From Candidatus Heimdallarchaeota archaeon (GTDB lineage Archaea; Asgardarchaeota; Heimdallarchaeia; Heimdallarchaeales; Heimdallarchaeaceae): a stretch of 64,000 nucleotides of DNA. The position numbers and the translations under genes are program-made. Shown here in pieces: positions 57,744 through 64,000 of the stretch. Positions within the stretch are counted from its first letter, which is position 1, and the number at the start of each line of letters is the position of its first letter. The DNA is taken from assembly GCA_030603365.1 (NCBI GenBank), contig JAUVXV010000002.1:256001-320000 (forward strand), read 5' to 3'. Under the pieces are notes generated by a model, which had not been told where the DNA came from, did not search any database, and saw only the letters and a list, made by a program, of their open reading frames with translations.

Positions 57744-59201
57744 ATGGTTTCAGTTATTTCTAGAGTTATAAATCTCTATTCTAGATGGATTGGGAGGATC
57801 TTTCTATTCATCTTTCCTGCAGGTGTAATTGCTGGTTTGATTTATTTTGAGATAGAAGCAGCAAATGCTTACAGCTGGTTAGTTGACTTAGCTTGGTATC
57901 TGTTTCTTGGCAATAGTCTCATCTTAGCTTTTAATGGAGTGCTTGTTTCACTTTCATTTGATGGCGAAGTCAGAAGTTTAATCAAGGAGGGGACTCCAAT
58001 CAATTCAGCAGCAGGGTTTAGAAATCTGGAGAAAAAATACAAGCAGAGTAACCTTTATCTCTTGATTATTCTCTTCCTTGCTGTTTTAGCTTATGGTTTT
58101 TATGCTGCCGCAATCCACGCATCAGCTGGCCTCGAAGCATTATTTGCTTTATCAGAAGGGAACGGAAAAACGTTAGCTATCTACATATCTATAAGTTGTA
58201 TAATTTTTGCAATAGCAGCATCAATCATTATCAGAGTTCCTACTCTAACTGGTTTAGATGTGGGAGGTTTAGTTAAATACTATCGAGCTTCAAGGCACCC
58301 TCTTATTTTGGATATGATGATCTATGATGGAATTTACACTCTTCTAGATCCTATTACTCGTGTAAGGTTTTCACAATGGAGTGAGCACATTTCAAAAGAG
58401 ATTGTCCCAGAATTTGCGACTAATCTTAAACCAGAGAAAAACAGAAAACCTCTAGCTATACAAAATGTACTCGTTCTTTTATACTTATATTATCGATTCC
58501 CTAAAATTTTCAATAAAGAATTTCTCAAGAAAGAATTGCTTCGTATTATTCCTGCATCACACACTGAAGATATTCTAAAAGGCAAGGAGTTGAATATGAA
58601 AGTTTGGCATGACATTTTTACTCATTTGTCAGACCAAACTCCTGAGTTATTCCTAATTATCGATCGAATTATCTTAACATTAACAGAAACACCCGAGTTA
58701 GTAGAAGCAAAGGATTTCTGGGTTATTTCTGCTGTTCCTCCAACTCAAAAGAAAGAAGAAGCACAAGATATTGTTTTCTTTATTCTAAACAGAAAAGATG
58801 GAAGTAGTGATCAGAAGGTTATTATGAATTATAAGGGAGCAGATGATCTTTCTCCACATGATATTGATCTAACTTTCACAATTAATGCTTTTGATCAATT
58901 TGTTGCAATACCTGAGGACACCTCTGAATTTCTATCTGAAGACAAACGTCAATTAGTTAGATTAGTGACAGCTATACTATTTACTGGAACTGGTATATGG
59001 ATTTCTGCTCATTCAGAGAACATAGGATCGAACTTAGTTGCTTTAGATTTGAACGTTGATGATGAACCTATAGCTACACAAATTTTCAATCTTAGAGTTG
59101 TGAGAGATGCTAGATACTATCTACAAGCTTGGGGACCAAAAATCTTAGCATCCTTAGGGCTTCTAATACCAATAGTACGAGCTTTATTTGGAATACTCTG
59201 A
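57744..59201 (+). CDS. Hypothetical membrane protein
   Basis: 485 aa with about four N-terminal TM helices, a soluble middle and a hydrophobic C-terminus. Confidence 0.7.
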   Translation: MVSVISRVINLYSRWIGRIFLFIFPAGVIAGLIYFEIEAANAYSWLVDLAWYLFLGNSLILAFNGVLVSLSFDGEVRSLIKEGTPINSAAGFRNLEKKYKQSNLYLLIILFLAVLAYGFYAAAIHASAGLEALFALSEGNGKTLAIYISISCIIFAIAASIIIRVPTLTGLDVGGLVKYYRASRHPLILDMMIYDGIYTLLDPITRVRFSQWSEHISKEIVPEFATNLKPEKNRKPLAIQNVLVLLYLYYRFPKIFNKEFLKKELLRIIPASHTEDILKGKELNMKVWHDIFTHLSDQTPELFLIIDRIILTLTETPELVEAKDFWVISAVPPTQKKEEAQDIVFFILNRKDGSSDQKVIMNYKGADDLSPHDIDLTFTINAFDQFVAIPEDTSEFLSEDKRQLVRLVTAILFTGTGIWISAHSENIGSNLVALDLNVDDEPIATQIFNLRVVRDARYYLQAWGPKILASLGLLIPIVRALFGIL

Positions 59202-59263
59202 ATTTAGCTCTTTTTTGTTTTCTTTTTTAAAAATATACAAAAGATATTTATTACCTAGTTATA

Positions 59264-60340
59264 GTGAAGGATGTGAACACATTGGCAGATAAAGACCCTC
59301 GTATAAAAGAATCTTATCTTCAAAAGAAATTGAGTAATGGTTCTGCTAAATGTCTGATTTGTCGTCGAATGTGTACCATCAAGGAAGGAGAGATTGGTTT
59401 CTGTAAAACAAGAAAGAATATTGAAGGAAAAATTTACACACTTCAATATGGAGATGTTTCAAGTTACAGTTTAAATCCTATTGAAAAGAAACCTGCTTAT
59501 CATTATTTCCCTGGATCAACTGCTTTAACATTAGGTTCTTGGGGATGTAATTTTACTTGCGATTGGTGTCTCAACTGGGATATCACCAAACGCCCTCCAC
59601 CTGAGAAATATGCTGATGCTAGTCTTATGACTGCTGAGAAAGTAGTTGAAAATGCGAACTTTAATCCTTCTATAAATGGTGTTTGTTTTTCTTTCAATGA
59701 ACCAACACTTTCCTTTGAATTTGCTGTAGATGTTTTTCAACAATTATCTAACGATTTCTATAAAATGTTTGTATCTAATGGCTATATGACTGGAGAAGCA
59801 TTGGATATCCTCATTTCGAATGGTATGAATGGTTTAACTGTTAGTTTCAAAGGAACAGAAAATGTTGTTGATTGCCTTCTAGATATCAAAGCTAAATATA
59901 TTTGGGAAAATCTTCAGATAGCCTATCAGAGGGGAGTTCACATTGAACTAGTTTATCTTCTTATACCAACCATAAATGATGATGAAGAATTCATTAGAGA
60001 TTTTTCTCAAAGAGTAATCAAAAATCTTTCTCCAAACACACCAGTACATTTTACGAGATATTTTCCCTCTCACCTTACAAAAATAGAGAAAACATCTATT
60101 TCTTTACTTCAAAAAGCTCATACAATTGCAAAAAATGAGGGGTTAAATTACGCTTATTTAGGTAATGTCCCAGGTCATCCTTTTCAAAGCACATATTGCC
60201 CAGAATGCTCAGAGTTGTTGATAAAAAGGGATGTCTTTTCAGTTACTTTCAGCAAACTTACTGAAGAAAATAGATGTCCAAAGTGTAATAAAACCATCCC
60301 TATTTTTCCTTACAGACCGGTTTATATATCTAATGCCTAA
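59264..60340 (+). CDS. amrS: AmmeMemoRadiSam system radical SAM enzyme
   Basis: CLICRRMC...GFC, PIEKKPAYHYFPGS, GCNFTCDWCLNWDI, YAYLGNVPGH..TYCPEC, CPKC. Confidence 0.88.
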   Translation: MKDVNTLADKDPRIKESYLQKKLSNGSAKCLICRRMCTIKEGEIGFCKTRKNIEGKIYTLQYGDVSSYSLNPIEKKPAYHYFPGSTALTLGSWGCNFTCDWCLNWDITKRPPPEKYADASLMTAEKVVENANFNPSINGVCFSFNEPTLSFEFAVDVFQQLSNDFYKMFVSNGYMTGEALDILISNGMNGLTVSFKGTENVVDCLLDIKAKYIWENLQIAYQRGVHIELVYLLIPTINDDEEFIRDFSQRVIKNLSPNTPVHFTRYFPSHLTKIEKTSISLLQKAHTIAKNEGLNYAYLGNVPGHPFQSTYCPECSELLIKRDVFSVTFSKLTEENRCPKCNKTIPIFPYRPVYISNA

Positions 60341-60485
60341 AGAAGGTAAAAACACTTAAAACTGGTATATATCTTGAAGAAGAGACAAAAATCACTAGTT
60401 ATAAAAGAGTATTTTTCATGATTAAAACTCAACTCAAAAATACATTATAAAGTTATTTATAATACTGTGACCATTATAAAAATGT

Positions 60486-61013
60486 ATGACTAGTATATTG
60501 TCTAATTTTGAGTTCCAATTTATGTGCTTTTTTCTTAAGCTTCGAGATAAAATCATTCCTCCTCAAAAAATTTTAAATGAAATTGGAATCAAACCTAATT
60601 TCATTCTACTCGATTATGGATGTGGTCCAGGTAGTTTTAGTCTTGCGGCAGCTGAACTAGTGGGAAAAACTGGTAAAGTTTTTGCACTGGATATTCATCC
60701 TCTTGCATTAAAGAAAGTTAAGAAAAAATCCTCTCAACAAGGACATTCTAACATTGAGATAATACATTCAGATTGTGAGACTGGTTTAGGAGACAACTCT
60801 ATAGATGTTGCTTTATTATTTGATATTATTCATATGTTGAGTGAACCAGAGAAAATATTACAAGAAATACATAGAATTTTGAAACCTAAAGGAAGAATAT
60901 CATTGACAATTCACCGACCTGACAAAAAAAAGGCACTTAGGATAGTAGAGCATACAGACTTATTCCAGTTCTCGTTTAAAGGAAAACATACTTACAATTT
61001 CTATAAAATTTAA
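60486..61013 (+). CDS. Class I SAM-dependent methyltransferase
   Basis: LLDYGCGPG, VFALDIHP, EIHRILKPKG. Confidence 0.88.
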   Translation: MTSILSNFEFQFMCFFLKLRDKIIPPQKILNEIGIKPNFILLDYGCGPGSFSLAAAELVGKTGKVFALDIHPLALKKVKKKSSQQGHSNIEIIHSDCETGLGDNSIDVALLFDIIHMLSEPEKILQEIHRILKPKGRISLTIHRPDKKKALRIVEHTDLFQFSFKGKHTYNFYKI

Positions 61014-61167
61014 AAAAGTTTAAGCACATTTTATTTTTCAAAACTCCATATTAAATTGCTTTTTCGACAAATAAATCACTATGTCTAACAGAGTTTTTAC
61101 CTAACAAATCTGTCTATATTTCGAAATGATGAAAAATGTTTAAAAATACTGATGTTTTCTATTAAAC

Positions 61168-62280
61168 TTGATGAAGAGAACAAAATTTCTAATTCTGACT
61201 AATTTTCTTTGTGTTTTAATACTGCTAAATTCAGCAAGTAATATAACTGGTGTAGTTTTTGTCGAAACTAGTTTAGAATTCTCTGGGAATACTATTGCCT
61301 TCGATATCTATCATGGAGGGTATCATACTCCATTCATTAACAATCTAGTAGCAAATCTCACTGCAACTGGAAACATTGTGTTATTAATCGACCAAACATG
61401 GGAATTACCAGATACAGTTGATGCACTATTTCTGATATCAGCAGATACGGGTCAAAACTGGACAACAACAGAAATAACTGACATCGTTAACTGGATGAAT
61501 TTAGGGAATAAACTTCTCTGGGTTTCTGGAGATTCTGATTACGGAGGTTATTTCAACCAGGTTCCGATTAACAATGTGTTAGAAGATTTAGGTGCTATTT
61601 TAAGAATTGACGCAACTCACATATGGGATTCAGTTTATAATGATGGTGCATCTTACAGAGTTATCGCTACAGAATTTGGTGTGGGTGATCCACTTTATGA
61701 TGGAGATATTGTAGGGAATTTAACCAAAGATATGAATTCAGGAGTACAATTTCATGGACCTTGTGCAATTATTGCATATGATGGTTATGAATATAAGGAT
61801 CTTAGATATGGACATAGTATTTTTCCAGACAGGGTCTGGACACTAATGAGGTATAGTATCAATGCTACATCGGTAGATGAAGATTTAAGTGACAATGAAC
61901 TTGATTTGTATGCTAAAAGTAACGAAACAGGATTATACCCAGCTATTGCTTATGAGCATTTAGGAGATGTAAATAGTCATATCATCGCATCTGGAGAAGC
62001 AATCTACTCAGATTACAAGTACATGTATGACCAACAAACTGAAAATGGGGTCTACAATGACGGAGTTCATTCTGGTCAAGTCTTAGTTAATAATATTCTA
62101 AATTACTTCCTTGAAACAAAAGATATCATTACGACTCCTACACCAACTCCAACTCCAACACCAACTCCAACACCCTCAGAACCAAAAACAACTATAGTTG
62201 GTATAGGTATACCAGCAGTACTTCTAGCTTTATTTAGTATAGGAATTTCAATTGTATTTTACAGAAATAAGAGGAGATAA
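61168..62280 (+). CDS. Surface protein with GDSDY domain, Thr-Pro linker and C-terminal TM anchor (copy 1)
   Basis: Signal peptide, FDIYHGG, GDSDYGG, NDGASYRV, HGP, (TP)n, TM plus RNKRR. Confidence 0.78.
   Translation: MMKRTKFLILTNFLCVLILLNSASNITGVVFVETSLEFSGNTIAFDIYHGGYHTPFINNLVANLTATGNIVLLIDQTWELPDTVDALFLISADTGQNWTTTEITDIVNWMNLGNKLLWVSGDSDYGGYFNQVPINNVLEDLGAILRIDATHIWDSVYNDGASYRVIATEFGVGDPLYDGDIVGNLTKDMNSGVQFHGPCAIIAYDGYEYKDLRYGHSIFPDRVWTLMRYSINATSVDEDLSDNELDLYAKSNETGLYPAIAYEHLGDVNSHIIASGEAIYSDYKYMYDQQTENGVYNDGVHSGQVLVNNILNYFLETKDIITTPTPTPTPTPTPTPSEPKTTIVGIGIPAVLLALFSIGISIVFYRNKRR
62134..62175 (+). repeat. Thr-Pro hexanucleotide linker repeat
   Basis: (ACNCCN)n encoding TPTPTPTPTPTPTP. 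Confidence 0.85.
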
Positions 62281-62396
62281 GAGATTGTCTCCACCCTAGA
62301 TTTTTCCAATCCTAGATCTCACGGTACTATTATTGCTAGATACCTGTTCTTCTTTTTGCAGAAAAGCTTAAATTCAGTCAATCTAAGAGCTCTCTT

Positions 62397-63473
62397 ATGA
62401 AAAGAAAAGTGACTTTCTTCATGACTAACCTAGTAATAGTTTGTCTTTTATTGAATTCAACAAATTACCAAACAGCTTTAGCATACGAAACAGAGCTTGA
62501 TTTCTCCGGGAATATTATTGCCTTCGATTTATTCCATGGAGGTTACCATGCTACAGATATTGAAAATCTAGCTGCTAACTTAACTGCGGCTGGAAATTTT
62601 GTAGTCTATATCAATCAAACATGGGAAGGATTAACTGATGACGTAAATGTACTTATACTCACTCAATCTGATGATTTATTTACAACAGATCAAAAACAAG
62701 ACATTAAAGATTGGTTTGAACTTGGTAACAAATTGATTTTCGGTTCAGGAGACAGTGATTACGGTGGATATTATAATAGTGACCCAATAAACAATGTTAT
62801 GCACTTTCTGGATGCTCAAATAATGATAGATGCTACTTCGATTGAAGATCCAGTTTACAATGATGGTGCAGCATATCGTGTAGCCGCAAATGTATATGGA
62901 AATAGTACCACTGCAGTTGCTGTCAGCGAAGGATGTGAAGCAGGGATAATGATGCATGGTCCTTGTGGAATTTTAGGTTATAATGGTACTCATTACGTTA
63001 GTTTAAAAAGCGAAATTTTGCCTAATGTTGATGTTCTATTAAGCTATAGCGAGGAAGCTACTGCATATGATGCTGATTCTTCTAATGGAGAAAAAGATCT
63101 TTACAAAAATGTAGTGGGTTATATTCCTGCTGTAGTTTATGAGAAAGTTGATCTTGGTGATGGTAATTACAGCCATATTATTCTAGCAGGCGAATCTATC
63201 TATTCAGACTACAAACATATGTATGACCAAAGAACAGAATTTGGAGTATACAATAGTGATATACAGTATGGCCAATTGTTTGTTAACAATATTTTCAATT
63301 ACTTCCTTGAAACAATCGAAATACCTACGCCAACACCAACACCAACACCTACGCCAACACCAACACCTTCAAAATCTGAAACAACTTTAACTAGTTTTGG
63401 AATATCTGCTGTTCTTGTATCATTACTGAGTATTGCAGTATCTACAATCTTCATTTTAAGAAAGAAGAAATGA
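62397..63473 (+). CDS. Surface protein with GDSDY domain, Thr-Pro linker and TM anchor (copy 2)
   Basis: Same motifs as copy 1; TP repeat near 63324-63368; ends LRKKK. Confidence 0.78.
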   Translation: MKRKVTFFMTNLVIVCLLLNSTNYQTALAYETELDFSGNIIAFDLFHGGYHATDIENLAANLTAAGNFVVYINQTWEGLTDDVNVLILTQSDDLFTTDQKQDIKDWFELGNKLIFGSGDSDYGGYYNSDPINNVMHFLDAQIMIDATSIEDPVYNDGAAYRVAANVYGNSTTAVAVSEGCEAGIMMHGPCGILGYNGTHYVSLKSEILPNVDVLLSYSEEATAYDADSSNGEKDLYKNVVGYIPAVVYEKVDLGDGNYSHIILAGESIYSDYKHMYDQRTEFGVYNSDIQYGQLFVNNIFNYFLETIEIPTPTPTPTPTPTPTPSKSETTLTSFGISAVLVSLLSIAVSTIFILRKKK

Positions 63474-63584
63474 GATTTTTTTCTCTTTTTTCATTTTATT
63501 TTTTAAAGAATTAAATTATGCATATGTTTAATTCGATGTTTTATGTGGAAAAAACTTAAATTAAGCAAAAATGTTCAAAGCTTT

Positions 63585-64000
63585 ATGAAAAGAAAAGCAC
63601 ATCTACTTATATTCAATTTAGTTTTGGTTTGCCTTTTAATGAACTCAATAAACTCTCAAGCTGTGACATTTTACGAAACAGAACTTGAATTTTCTGGAAA
63701 CATAATTGCTTTTGATCTATATCATGGAGGTTATCTTGCTAACGATGTTGATAACTTAGTTGCAAATTTAACAGAAACAGGTAACTTTGTCTACTTAATA
63801 AACGAAACTTGGGAATTACCAGATGATGTTAATGCACTTTTTCTGACTCAAAGTGATTCAGGTAGAAGCTGGTTGTCTTCACAAGTTGCCGACATAGTTG
63901 ATTGGTTAGCTTTGGGTGATAAGCTTCTTTGGGTTTGTGGTGATACAGACTATGGTGGATACTTTAATCCAACACCAATTAACAATGTATTGAATGCTGC
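63585..64000 (+). CDS. Third tandem paralog of the GDSDY surface protein, truncated by the window end
   Basis: Not in the ORF track. Reads MKRKAHLLIFNLVLVCLLMNS...ETELEFSGNIIAFDLYHGGY...GDTDYGGYF to the window edge. Confidence 0.85.
   Translation, partial: MKRKAHLLIFNLVLVCLLMNSINSQAVTFYETELEFSGNIIAFDLYHGGYLANDVDNLVANLTETGNFVYLINETWELPDDVNALFLTQSDSGRSWLSSQVADIVDWLALGDKLLWVCGDTDYGGYFNPTPINNVLNA

Noticed and set aside
62273-62292. GGAGATAA-gaga-TTGTCTCC hairpin at a gene end, similar to GGAGA-taatt-TCTCC at 17525-17539
   Set aside because: Short stems at or overlapping stop codons, seen only twice. Possibly terminator-related but not enough to call.
1966-62957. Numerous short ORFs (60-121 aa) in the track that overlap long genes, e.g. 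1966..2178, 8689..8934, 31774..32130, 34883..35248, 36198..36494, 44790..44993
   Set aside because: They are antisense or alternate-frame shadows of well-supported genes, with no motifs or SD/TATA support.

Overview
AT-rich, gene-dense archaeal chromosomal segment. It shows TATA-like boxes, leaderless and GGAGG/AGGTG-led genes, and U-rich terminators. A TPR-longin protein, a Roadblock-like/coiled-coil fusion and many signal-peptide plus C-terminal-anchor proteins point to an Asgard archaeon, probably Heimdallarchaeia (inference). The window is dominated by expanded, duplicated cell-surface families: a duplicated two-gene secreted-protein unit, two 7-bladed beta-propellers, six N-anchored right-handed beta-helix (NosD-like) proteins, a 1214-aa FG-GAP/TSP3-repeat single-pass receptor-like protein, a giant FtsX-type ABC system and a triplicated PT-linker surface protein. 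These are interspersed with accessory enzymes (GNAT, Dus, SDR, TatD, APH, M24 peptidase, HAD, CocE, radical SAM, an HgcAB-like fusion plus methyltransferase). Four regulators (TetR, ArsR, a membrane-anchored wHTH, a soluble wHTH) each have a candidate operator readable in the DNA. Several gene relics and duplication scars are also present. I found no rRNA, tRNA, CRISPR array, transposase or reverse transcriptase. The best novelty candidates are an unrecognised cytoplasmic 14-aa GF-repeat domain found both on the receptor-like protein and as a stand-alone membrane protein, a membrane-spanning wHTH regulator with phased direct-repeat sites in front of the beta-helix array, and a Roadblock/coiled-coil protein coupled to an SLC13-type transporter. 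All family calls come from motif recognition by eye; no searches were run.
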